Assembly: GCF_963921235.1 (NCBI RefSeq)
Contig: NC_086118.1
Location: forward strand, 21,764,001-21,828,000
Length of the DNA: 64,000 bases
Source of the DNA: Mobula hypostoma
Lineage: Eukaryota
Reading direction: 5' to 3'
Below are positions 48,815 through 61,529 of this stretch, in pieces (position 1 is the stretch's first letter; each line of letters opens with the position of its first letter). The position numbers and the translations under genes are program-made. The notes under the pieces are model-generated. The model did no database searches, had not been told where the DNA came from, and saw only the letters and a list, made by a program, of their open reading frames with translations.

Positions 48815-51003
48815 AGCGTTAAAGAGCACTACAGCACAGAAAAAGGCCCTTCAGCCCATCTAGTACATGCCAAACTATTAATCTGCCTAGTCCCATTGAA
48901 CTGCACCCAGAACATAGTCCTCCACATCTCTCCCATTCATATACCAATCCAAATTTCTCTTGTGTTGAAATCCCAACCCACATCTACCACTTGCACTGCC
49001 AGCTTGTTCCATGTTCTCACTACTCTATGAGTGAATAAGTTTCCCCTAATGATCTCCTTAAACATTTCACCTTTTACCCTTAACCCATGACCTCCAGTTC
49101 TAGTCTCACCCAGCCCCAATGGAAAAGAGTCTGCTTGCATTTACCCTATCTATACCCCTTATAATTTTGTATATTTCTAACAAATCTCCCATCATGTTCA
49201 ACAGTCTAGGGAATAAATTCTCAACATATTCAACATTTTCCAACAGCTCAGGTCCTCAAGACATGGCAAAATCCTTGTAAATTTTCCTCTGCTCTTCTCC
49301 AATCTCATTTACATCTTTCCTGTAGGTAGGTGACCAAAACTGCACACAATACTCCAAATTAGGCCTCTCCAATGTCTCATACAACTTCAACATAAAATCC
49401 CAACTCCTGTACTCAGTACTTGAATTTCTGAAGGCCAATGTGCCAAAAGCTTTCTTTACAAATCTATCTACCTGTATTGTCATTTTCAAGGAATTATGGA
49501 CGTGTATTCCCAGATCCCTCTGTTCCACCAAACTCTTCAGTGCCCTACCGCTCACCATGCAAGTCCTACCCTGGTTTATCCTCCCAACGTGCAACACTAC
49601 TCCCTTGATTGCATTAAATTCCATCTGCCAGTTTTCAGCTCTTTTTTCTAGCTGGTCCAGATCCTGCTGTAAGCTTTGATAGTCTTTGTCACTGTCCTCT
49701 ACACCCACAATCTTGTTGTCATCTGCAAATTTGCTGATCCAGTTTACCAGGTTATCATTCAGATGGTTGATATAGATGACAAACAGCAACAGATCCTGCA
49801 GCAATCCCTGTGGCACACCACTGGTCACAGGCCTCCAGCCAGAAAGACAACCATCTATTACCGCTCTCTGGCTTCTCCCATGAAGCCAATGTGTAGTCCA
49901 ATTTACTACCTCATCTTGAATGCAAAGTAACTGAACCTTCTTGTCCGACCTCCCATGCAGAACCTTGCAAAGGCCTTGCTAAAGTCCATGTAGACAACAT
50001 TCATCAACTTTCCTGATGAGTTCCTTGAAAAAACTCTGTAAGATTGGTTAGACCTGACCTACCACATACAAAACCACATTGACTATACTTAATCAGTCCC
50101 TGTCTATCCAAATACTTACGTATCTGGTCCCTCAGAATACCTACCCATAACTTATTCACCACTGATGTCAGGCTCACTGGCCTATAATTTCTTGGTTTAT
50201 TCATAGAGCCTTTCTTAAACAACGGAACAACATTACCTATCCTCCAATCCCCCAGTACCTCACCTGTGGCAAAGGACACTTCAATTATCTTTGCTAGGGC
50301 CCCTGTAATAGCCTCCCACAGGATCCAAGGGAACGCCTTTTCATACCTTGGGGATTTGTCCACCCTGTTTTGTCTCACCTCCTTCTCTGTAATCTGTATA
50401 TGGTCGATGAACTCACTGCTGCTTTGTCTCAATTCTAGACTGTGTCCATCTCCCAAGAAAACCCAGCTACAAATAATATGTTTAAGTTCTCCCTTCTCTC
50501 TTTTGGGTCCATGCTTAGATCTGATCTTTCAGAGGACCAATTTTGTACCTTGCTATCCTCTTTCTCTTAATATATCTGTCACAACCCTTGGGATTCTCCT
50601 TCATGGTGTCTATTCGAGCAACCTAATACCTTCTTTTTGTCCTCTTGAAATACCTCATTTGCTCCTTCCGGTCATCTCCTTTTTTTGTTAACTAGGGCTT
50701 CAATATCTCGTGAAAACCAAGGATTCCTAAACATGTTACACTTGCCTTTTATTCTGACAGGAACATACAAACCTGTCCAATCCACACTTACCAGATCCTT
50801 TCTGATACTATTAAAATTGGACTTTCTCCAATTTAGAATCTCAACCTGAAGATTTTCACCATCTTTATCTTGAAGTTAATGGTATTATGATCACTAGTTG
50901 GAAAGTGTTTCTAAACAAACTACTGTCACCTACGCTATGTCATTCCCTAATGGGAGATCTAGTATCACACTCTTTCTTGTTGGGACCTCTAAGTACTGAT
51001 AAG
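48815..51003 (-). mobile_element. CR1 LINE; continues at 54228-54325 beyond the hAT insertion
   Basis: SGVPQG, KFADDNK, LEYCVQFWSP, NYRPVSLTSVV. Confidence 0.9.
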
Positions 51004-51184
51004 CAATGTTCCCCCTAATTTTTAGTAGTCAGTGTGTGCAAAAATCTTATGTTGTGCAACTTTTTTTCCTGTGACAGAAGTATGTGCGCACTGAGTGCAC
51101 ACATGGGACAGTTTAACTAGGTTTACAAAATATTTGACATAAAACCGCACAGAACAACAAAATAACATACATATTTAAGTCACA

Positions 51185-51650
51185 CACACAAAAAATGCTG
51201 GTGAACACAGCAGGCCAGGCAGCATCTATGGGAAGAGGTACAGTTTCGGGCCAAGATCCTTCATCAGGACTAACTGAAAGAAGAGATAGTAAGAGATTTG
51301 AAAGCGGGAGGGGGAGGGGGAGATCAGAAATGATAGGAGAAGACAGGAGGGGGAGAGATGGAGCTAAGAGCTGGAAAGTTGATTCACAAAAAGGATACGA
51401 GGCTGGAGAAGGGAGAGGATCATGGGAAGGGAGGCCTAGGGAGAAAGAAGGGGTGGGGGGAAGCCCAGAAGATGGGCAAGGAGTTATAGTGAGAGGGACA
51501 GAGGGAGAAAAGAGAGAGAAAAAAAGGGGGAAAGAAAAAAAATAATAATAATGAATGAATAAATAAATAAATAAGGGATGGGGTACGAAGGGGAGGAGGG
51601 GCATTAATGGAAGTTAGAGAAGTCAATTTTTATGCCATCAGGTTGGAGAT
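51185..51650 (-). mobile_element. Penelope pseudo-LTR fragment inside the hAT
   Basis: Reverse complement of ~22875-23390; flanking duplication catatttaagtcaca at 51170-51184 and 51664-51678. Confidence 0.85.
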
Positions 51651-51847
51651 ATTTAATTTTTATCATATTTAAGTCACAGTTATTTTTTCTCTCTCCTGTC
51701 TTTGGCATTTACCCATTCTTTGTAAACTCTATCTCGACTAATAGAACTTCCATCCCATTGATAGCTTTTGACTCTCATTAACATATCCAGATGACATTCA
51801 TCTAAATGGTTTCTCAGCTTGTTTTTGAGTTGATTCATTTTGAGTTG

Positions 51848-53139
51848 ATCCGAAGCCAGCATGGTTTCATGAAAGGAAGATCCTGCCTTACCAACTTATT
51901 GGAATTTTTTGAGGTAATCTCGAATAAGATTGACAAGGGAGAGGCTGTGGATGTTGTGTATTTGGATTTTCAAAAGGCCTTCGATAAGGTGCCGCATATG
52001 AGGCTGCTTAATAAGATGAGAGCCCATGGAATTATAGGAAAGATATTGAAATGGGTGGAGCATTGGCTGATAGGCAGAAAGCAAAGGGTGGGAATAAAGG
52101 GATCCTATTCTGATTGGTTGCCGGCTACTAGTGGTGTTCCGCAGGGGTCGGTGTTGGGGCCGCTTCTTTTTATGATGTATATCGATGATTTGGATTATGG
52201 ATTAAATGGTTTTGTGGCCAAGTTTGCGGATGACACCAAGATAGGTGGAGGAGCAGGAAATGTTGAAGAAACGGAAAGGTTGCAGAGAGACTTAGTCAGT
52301 TTAGGAGAGTGGGCAAAGAAATGGCAGATGAGATACAACGTTGACAAATTTCGGAAGAAGAAATAATCGGGCAGATTATTATTTAGATGGGGAGAAAATT
52401 CAAAAATCGCAAGTGCAAAGGGACTTGGGGGTCCTCGTGCAGGATACCCTAAAGGTTAACCACCAAGTTGGATTGGCAGTAAAGAAAGCGAATGCTATGT
52501 TGGCATTCATTTCAAGAGGAATAGTGTGTAAGAGTAAGGAGGTGTTGATGAGGCTCTATGGGGCATTAGTGAGACCTCATTTGAAATACTGTGTGCAGTT
52601 TTGGGCCCCCTAACTTAGAAAGGATATACTGATGTTGGGGAGAGTTCAGAGAAGAATTACGAGGATGATTCCTGGAATGCAGGGGCTAATATATGAGGAG
52701 CGTCTGTCAGCTCTTGAACTGTATTCATTAGAGTATAGAAGAATGAGAGGGGATCTCATAGAAACATTTCGAATGTTGAAAGGGTTGGACAGAGTAGATG
52801 TGGAAAGGTTGTTTCCCTTGGTGGGTGAATCCAGGACAAGGGGCCATAGTCTTAGAATTAGAGGGTACCCAGTTAAAACAGAGATGAGGAGAAATTTTTT
52901 TAGCCAGAGGGTTGTGGATTTGTGGAATTCATTGCCACATATGGCTGTGGAGGCCCGATCATTGAGGGTGTTTAAGGAGGAGATTGACAGGTATCTAATT
53001 AGTCAGGGTATCAAAGGATATGGGGAAAAAGCCGGAAATTGGAACTAGATGGGTGAATAGTTTAGCTCATGGGGGAGCTGCGGAGCAGACTCGATGGGCC
53101 AATTGGCCTACTTCTGCTCCTTTGTCTTGTGATCTTGTG
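51848..53139 (+). mobile_element. Young CR1 LINE inserted in the hAT transposase
   Basis: QHGFMKGRSCLTNLLEFF, LDFQKAFDKVPH, KFADDTK; (tcttgtga)n tail. Confidence 0.95.
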
Positions 53140-54649
53140 ATTAGGCTAAAACCGTGTTCACAGTCCACACTAGACGCAAGAAAGGTTCCCCCAATGTCCA
53201 TCAACTGTGCAAGGTCGCAAAACTGTTCATTTTGAAGTACAAATGCCACCATTTGAGCAAAGTTTGAAATCAGTTTGGATTTAATTTTTTCTTGCACGGA
53301 AAATTTGAAATCATTAAACTGTCTAACTATTACAATATTTTCAGCTAGAAAATCATGATATTTTAGACATAAGGCATTAACTTGTTCATCGCCAAATGTG
53401 AGGTCACAGTCTGCAATTGTGGAGAAATCAAAAGCTGACCATTCTTGTACCTCAACTTTGATCTCCTCTGGGTTTGATCGTTTTCGCCCTCCAACATCTG
53501 CACTCAACCATAATATGTGTAGCACTCCTGTAACGGGTAATGACGGGTTCTGTTGCCTGAGTTTTTGTACACCATCCAAATGCGATTTACTTGCCAAATG
53601 AGGCTTCAAAAAGTCAAGTTTCCAAATATCATCCCACTTCTTTCCACTAGCAAATTCTCCAGCAACTTTCACATCACAACAATACAAACAGATAGCTCCA
53701 GTTTCTGAATCGTACATAAATATTTCTCGCAGCTGAACATTCATGACCTCATGAGCTTTCGATGAAACAGTTTCTACTATTCTGTTAAGCCATTCAACTT
53801 CAAACAAATTTGCAGTTCTTTTGCGCTTCACGCCCTTCGCTTCTTTTGAATTCGACAAAGTGAATCAATATTTTTTCCAATTAAAACTTAGTAAGCTATC
53901 TACAGGATTTGAAACAGATCTTTGTAAACTTTACGATATGAACACTGTCCACCAAACATGGCAGCCACCGTGATGCAACTGTACAAACCAGAACAGGATA
54001 GGTGAGGTGACGTAACTTAGTGACGTGCATTGTGGTATTTGAAAAACTGACTGACTAGTTAACAGAAACATTTAGCTAAAAGATTATTTTCAATAAGTAT
54101 AATTATTGACTACTACATTATTTTAGGTAACTAACTTTTTGAGCACACATTAATTACCTTTGTGCACTGGTTGAAAAACGTGTGTGCGCGCATACGCGCA
54201 CAGCTTAGAGGGAACTATGCTGATAAGGGAAATTTCCTGAACACTTTAGATAAACTTGATCCCATCCAGGCCTTTTGCAGTGTGGGGGTCCCAGTCAATA
54301 TGTAGAAAGTTAAAGTCACCTATTTTCACAGACCTTGCCCCATATTCCCACTGCCTTAATAGGGATAGAGTTCCTCTTGCCCTCATCTACCACCCCATGA
54401 GCTTCTGCATCTGGCACATTAATCTCCACAACTTCCACCATTTTCAATGGGACCCTATCACCAAACTCGTCATTAGCTCCACCCCATTCCGCACTATCCG
54501 CTGAGATTACTTCCTCCATAGTTCCCTGGTCCATTCATCCCTCTTCACTAATTTCCATCCTGGCACTTATTCCTGCAAAAGTGCCACACCTGCCCATTTA
54601 CCTTGCAGGGTAACGTAATTGGGAGAGACATACATAAAACCATTTACTG

Positions 54650-56885
54650 GTATATACATGCAAAAGAGTAAGAGGATAACGAAGGAGATGGTGGGACCTC
54701 TCAAGGATAAAAGCGGGGGGGAAGGAACATTTGTTTGGATACAGAGTATGTAAGTGAGGTACTTAATGGGTACTTTGCTTCAGTATTTACCAAGGAAAAG
54801 GATATGGAGGAACAAGAGATCAGTGCTGAGTGTATAAATGCATTAGAGTGTTTAGAAGTCAAGGAGGAGGAATTGTTGGGCCCCTTAATGATATAAAGGT
54901 GGATAAGTCTCCAGGACCCAATGGGATTTACCCTAGGTTATTGAAGGAGGCAAGAGATGAGATTGCTGGGCCCTTGACCAGTATCTTTGTGTTCTCTTTA
55001 GCCACAGGTGAGGTCCCGAAGGAGCGGTGAGTGGCTAATGTTTTACCTCTACTTAAGCAGGGAACAAGGTAAAATCTTGGAAACTATAGTCTCACTTCAG
55101 TTGTAGGGAAATTGCTGGAGAAAATTCTTAGGGATAAGATATATGAGCATTTGGATACCCATGGCCTAATTAGGGAGAGCCAGCATGGCTTTATGCAGCG
55201 GTCCCCAACCACCGGGCCGTGGACCAGTACCGGGCCGCAAGGAAATGATATGATTTGGCGACATGAGTCAGTTGCACCTTTCCTCATTCCCTGTCATGCA
55301 CAGTTGAGCTTGAATGCACGCGAGGTCATTACCCGCGCGTCATCCATGTCAGCGTGGGAAGATCAACTTCTCGAGCTTGCAAATGACGACGGACTGAAAA
55401 GTATATTTGACATAACATCTCTGCTGGCATTCTGGATCAAAGTCAAGGCTAAATATCCTGAGATAGCCACGAAAGCACTGAAAACGTTGCTTCCATTTCC
55501 AACATATCTCTGCAATGAATGCAACGAAAACTAAATTGCGGAATAGACTGGACATCAGGAACCCCCTTCGAGTATCGCTGTCTCCCATCACCCCTCGATG
55601 GCACCGTCTTGTTGCAGGGAAACAAGCCCAGAGCTCTCACTGATTCAGCGATATTGGTGTGTTGCAATGATTTTATATGTTCATACGGGGAAAATATGTG
55701 CTGTGTGTTTAATATCCAAACGTTACTTAAAATGTTATGATGCTATTGACTTATAAGTGACTTATATAACCATATAACAATTACAGCCCAGAAACAGGCC
55801 ATCTCTGCCCTTCTAGTCTATGCTGAACATTACTCTCACCCAGTCCCACTGAGCTGCACACAGCCCATAACCCTCCATTCCTTTCCTGTCCATATACCTA
55901 TCCAATTTTTCTTTAAATGATAATATCAAACCTGCCTCTACCACTTCTACTGGAAGTTCATTCAACACTTACTTCAAGCTCCCCTGTCCTCCCCTGATAA
56001 TTGACTAACCGCTATATTCATGCGAGGAAAATATGCACTGTGTGTTTAATATTAAATTTGTTAGATAAACCCTTTTAGAAATGAAATTGAGTGTATTAGC
56101 CACTTATCACCTATATTCTGGTCGTGATTAACATCCTCCCCCTGAACAGAATCGCCAAAAACGATTTGTAGAGAAAAAAATCAGCACATACACGCATGCG
56201 CAAGGCATGCATGTGCACACAGGTGCCCATGCAAGGCTTCATGGTCATTGTAGTCTTAGTCTTTCTCGGGGTAAACACAACATATTTGACTGTTACTTTT
56301 GGCTGTTGGCAACCCTACCACACCGCCCGCACCCCCCCCCCCCGGGTCAGCCGGTCTGCAAGAATATTGTCAATATTAAACTGGTCCGTAGTGCAAAGAA
56401 GGTTGGGGACCCCTGGCTTTATGTGTAGCAGGCTTGTGCCTTATACCAACTTGATTGAGTTTTTTGACAAGGTGATTAGAGAGATTGATGAGGGTAGGGC
56501 AGTTGATGATGTCTACATGGATTTTAGTAAGGCATTTGACAAAGTCCTTCATGGGAGGCTAATCCAGAAGATTAAGATGCATGGAAGCTGTGGCGAATTG
56601 GCTGTTTGGATTTAGAACTAGCTTGCGCATAAAAACCAGAGGGTAGTGGTTGAAGGGACTTACTCGAGCAGGAGGTCTGTAATTAGTGGAGTTCTGCAGG
56701 AATCTGTGCTGGGACCTAGGCTGTTTGTAATGTATATAAATGATCTGGGTGAAAATATTGGTGGGTGGGTTAGCAACTTCGTGGATGATACCAAGAGTGG
56801 TAGATTTATGGATAGTATAGAAGACTGGCAAAGAATATAACATGATATAGATCATTTGCAGGTATGGGCTGAGAAATGGCAGATA
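54650..56885 (+). mobile_element. CR1 LINE interrupted by a Charlie-type hAT
   Basis: KSPGPNGIYPRLLKE, LIRESQHGF | TNLIEFFD..MDFSKAFDKV, FVDDTK. Confidence 0.85.
55196..56415 (+). mobile_element. hAT-Charlie/Buster non-autonomous element with transposase C-terminal remnant
   Basis: TIR cagcggtccccaacc / ggttggggacccctg; TSD gctttatg at 55188-55195 and 56416-56423; EDQLLELAND..FWIKVKAKYPEIATKALKTLLPFPT. Confidence 0.9.
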
Positions 56886-59415
56886 CACAACAAAAGCGTG
56901 CTAAAAATCTTTTACGTAATAATGTCACCATGTCAGCACAGCCTCTTAAAGCAAAACCCCAACTCAATGTCGGTGGTTGGGAATTATGTCCATTTCTCTC
57001 AATTACGTTACCCTACACAGCAACCGCCCCCCCGCCCCGAATTCACTAAAACCAGCTGTAACGTCCTGATTAAAGTTTTTACTGTCATGCTGCAGGTATT
57101 TCATTTCAGCAGTTCTGTAAAAGCATTCTATTCTGCTTTCAGCCTGTTTGGGTTTGAACTGAGAAAATGGGCTTTGTTGTTCAACTTAGGAATGTGGTGT
57201 CAGCCAACCAGGATGGTGGAATTGGGAGGAGGTTCTAGAGAATGCGGGGGGAGCAGCTTTTGTGAGGAGCACTGGTGTGGGTCGAAATCTTTTCTTGGTG
57301 GGAGCTGGGAGAAGACAGGAAGGAAGGTGCACAAGGTGCTTTGTGGAGATGACAGGCTTCAAGGAGGAAGGACCAATACTCCTGTGGGAGAGCCCATTTG
57401 TCAAAATGGATTTCGAGCAACATTCAGAACGTGGTGTGTGGTTTCATGCAGACTGAGGGTCCAGCATATGAGTTACAGACAACTTCAAGATGAGCTCCAA
57501 CTTATTTGCACGTTTGACTGTTTAATTATAATGGGCTCTTTTTGTTTTTTTCCTTTCTTTTCTTTAATAACTATTTTGTTACATTAACAGTCATAAATAT
57601 TCTTCCTTTATATGCAGTGTATGATCTGTTATTTCCTGCCAACGGGCGATTGCAGGGGGGCAGTATCTCACATAGCATTCACACAAACTGGAGTTTGGAT
57701 GGGTGAGATATCCCAACCTCACAGGTTTTGGAAGGACCAAAGACCATAAGACCATAAGACAGAGGGGCAGAAGCTGGCCATTTGGTCCATCGAATCTGCT
57801 CCGCCATTTTATCATGAGTTGATCCATTCTCCCATTTAGTCCCACTCCCCCGCCTTCTCACTATAACCTTTGATGCCCTGGCTACTCAGATAACTATCAA
57901 TCTCTGCCTGAAATACACCCAATGACTTGACCTCCACTGCCGCCCGTGGCAACAAATTCCACAGATAATATATACCCTAGACGTACGGAGTCTGAGAAAG
58001 GCAGTTTCCTCACCGTGGAGTCCAGTGGCTGTGAGCGATGGGCTAACTAGCTGCATTTCCAGGAAAGCCCAGTATAAGGGGGTTTCAGAGCATTGTGTGC
58101 CTGTCTGGGGCTCAGAGAGTTGCCCAGCTTGAGTCCTGTGTTTCATGGATGGAGGAGCTGCAGGTGCCTCTGGCTCATCTAGAGGTGCGTTGACACGCTC
58201 ATGGTCATGTTGTGATGCCAGTGGCGTGGCAGCGGAGTCCTCCAAATCTTGGTGGGCCGGCTTAAGGTGATCTACCGAAATACACTCATGTTTGCTCTTT
58301 TTATCTAGGATAAAAGTCTTTTCTCCCCATTCAAAAACACAGAATGGGCCATCGTATGGGGGCCTAAGAGGATGTTGGTGTGTGTCATGGTGGATGAAAA
58401 CAAATGAGGCAGAATGGAGGTCAACAGGTATACAAGGGTGCTGTACACCATAATGGAGGTTGGAATAAGTGAAAAGGAATTGAATTTATTGAGGAGGATG
58501 GAAAGCCGTTGAAAGGCTGACCAGGAGGTCATGGCATCAGGAGTGAAATCACCTGGCATTCGTAATGGCTGCCCGTATACCAGCTCAGCCATGGCCAACT
58601 GCAGGTCCTCCTTTGGAGCTGTTCTGAGCCCCAGCAGGGCCCACGGGAGGCGATCACGCCAACACTCGTCGGTCAGGGAAGCCCTCAGAGCAGCCTTTGA
58701 GGAGTGGTGAAACCACTCGCATAGGTCTTTGGACTGCAGGTGATACACTGATGTGATGTATCCTAATGGTCTGAAATGAATTGGGGACCATAGTCAGAGG
58801 AAATATCAGACGGGGTGCCAAACTGAGGAAGCCAGGTGCCGAAAAGTGCCAGAGCCACACGTCTTCAGCCATTGTTGGTGCTAGAGGGATGACCCCTGGC
58901 CATCTGGTGGTATGGTCCCCCATGGTAAGGAGGTGCATGAAATACACTCATGTTTACTCTTCTTATCTATGATAAAAGTCTTTTCTCCCCATTCAAAAAC
59001 ACATAATGGGCCATCGTATGCGGGCCTAAGAGGAAGAGGAAAAACAAGGTCCACATTGACGTGGTTAAACCATCACTCGGGGACCTCAGTATGCGCCAGT
59101 GGAGCCTGAACATGATGGTTAATTTTTGCCCGCTGGCACCCCACACAAGTGGCAGTCCAGTTGCGTATGTCTTTTCTGAGACTGTGCCAAACAAATTTCG
59201 GTGCAACTAGTTTCTGTGTGGCCTTCCAGCCCAGACGTGAGAAGCCATGTATGGAATCGAAAACAGTCCATCCCTAGTTTGCGGGCACGATGGGGCAAGG
59301 GCAACTGGTTGAGACATTGCTCGGGGGGAAAACCTACCTTCCTAAAACTTAATGTCAGCCAACCACAAGCCTATGACTGCTGTTTGGTAGGTCTGGACCT
59401 CTGGGTCAGTAACAT

Positions 59416-60552
59416 GTAGAACATGGAACATACAACAGTACTGCACAGTACAGGCCCTTCGGCCCACAATGTTATGCTGACCCTTAAACCCTGCCTCTCA
59501 TATACCCCCTCCACCTTAAATTCCTCCATATACCTGTCTAGTAGTCTTTTAAATTTCACTATCGTATCTGCCTCCACCACTGACTCAGGCAGTGCATTCC
59601 ACGCACCAACCACTCTCTGAGTAAAAAACCTTCCTCTAATATCCCCCTTGAACTTCCTACCCCTTACCTTAAAGCCATGACTTCTTGTATTAAGCAGTGG
59701 TGCCCTGGGGAAGAGGCGCTGGCTGTCCACTCTATCTATTCCTCTTAATATCTTGTATACCTCTATCATGTCTCCTCTCATCCTCCTTCTCTCCAGAGAG
59801 TAAAGCCCTGGCTCCCTTAATCTCTGATCATTATGCATACTCTCTAAACCAGGCAGCATCCTGGTAAATCTCCTCTGTACCCTTTCCAATACTTCCACAT
59901 CCTTCCCATAGTGAGGCGACCAGAACTGGACACAGTACTCCAAATGTGGCCTAACCAGAGTTTTATAGAGCTGCATCATTACCCTGCAACTCTTAAACTC
60001 TATCCCTTGACTTATGAAAGCTAACACTCCATAAGCTTTCTTAACTACCATATCTACCTGTGAGGCAACTTTCAAGGATCTGTGGACATGTACCCCAGAT
60101 CCCTCTGCTACTCCACACTTCCAAGTATCCTGCCATTTACTTTGTACTCTGCCTTGGAATTTTTCCTTCCAAAGTGTACCACCTCACACTTCTCTGGGTT
60201 GAACTCCATCTGCCACTTCTCAGCCCACTTCTGCATCTTATCAATGTCTCCCTGCAATCTTCGACAATCCACTACACTATCCACAACACCACCAACCTTT
60301 GTGTCCTCTGCAAACTTGCCAACCCACCCTTCTACCCCCACATCCAGGTCGTTAGTAAAAATCATGTAAAGTAGAGGTCCCAGAACAGATCCTTGTGGGA
60401 CACCACTAGTCATAATCCTTCAATCCGAATGTACTCCCTCCACCACGACCCTCTGCCTTCTGGAAGCAAGCTAATTCTGAATCCACCTGGCCAAACTTCC
60501 CTGGATCCCATGCCTTCTGACTTTCTGAATAAGCCTACCGTGTGGAACCTTC
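59416..60552 (-). mobile_element. Young CR1 LINE 3' part
   Basis: ORFs 60108..60413 and 59371..60075 (SGVPQGSVLGP, LVRPHLEYCVQFWSP). Confidence 0.95.
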
Positions 60553-61529
60553 TCAACATACCGGCACAATCAATCCCTATGTGTATGCATCCCTATGTGT
60601 CAGCCGCTGCATTATTTTCCCCCTTGATATGTTGTATATTCATTGTGAACTCGGATATGTAAGCCAGGTGGATTTGCTGCCATGCAGAGCAAGGGTCTGA
60701 TATTTTGGTTATGGAGTGCACGTGGGGTTTGAGGTCAACGAACGCGTAAAATGGCGCCACTCTAGAAGAAAACCAGAATGGCAGACTGCCAGATAGAGAC
60801 CGGGAAGATCACGGTTAAGCATGCTGTACTTCCTTTCAGGGGGACAGAGCTGACGACTGAAGAAGCAGAGCATCTACCACATGGCTCTTACCAGCTGTTC
60901 ATGCACAGTTGGGGAGTGGGTGCACGAGTAGGGTTGTGTTAGAAAGATCTCATTTGGTATTATCAAATGCTCTGGTCATGTCTGCTAACAGTCAAGCACT
61001 TGATTGGGGACATTGCCTTTAAGTGTACTATACGGGGGGAGCATAAGTACAGCAGTTTGCAGAATGAAGGGGTGATAGAAATACATTATGCCTAAAAACT
61101 CCTGTAATTCTTTAGTAGTGTCGGGTGGTGGGAAATCCATAATAGTGTCTACCTTTCATCGGAGGGATTTTGCACCCTCTCCGGAGATGTTACGGCTGAG
61201 AAATTCAATGGTTGACAACCCAAACTGGCATTTAGCAGGGATAATAATCAACCCCTGTTGGCTTAAGTGCTTGAAAAGCATGCGGAGATGAGATACATAT
61301 TTGGATTTGGACGTACTGGAGACAAGTATATCATCCAGGTAAACAAAAGGAAAATCTAAGTCTTTTAATATGGAGTTATTTAGCCATTGGAAAGTCTGCG
61401 TTGCATATTTCAGTCCAAATGTCATGCACAAAAACTCAAAAAGGCCAAATAGGATTATCACTGCTGTTTTGGGAATGCCCTCCAAATACACCAGCACCTG
61501 ATAGTAGCCCCTAACTAGATCGACTTTGG

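Larger units (their letters stand above)
51004..54219 (-). mobile_element. hAT (Tip100/ZNF862-like) DNA transposon, internally deleted transposase, with nested CR1 and Penelope
   Basis: TIR caatgttccccctaa / ttagagggaactatg; 8-bp TSD ctgataag at 50996-51003 and 54220-54227; ORF 53067..53858 (CLYC..HLASKSH; SSVDCEHGFSL) rejoins MNQLKNKLRNHL at ~51839. Confidence 0.9.

Noticed and set aside
53067..53858. Domesticated ZNF862-like host gene
   Set aside because: It lies between TIRs with an 8-bp TSD, lacks the catalytic core and is interrupted by CR1.
56856..57587. 243-aa ORF
   Set aside because: Begins in CR1 sequence and runs into probable LTR-like or unclassified DNA; no domain recognised.
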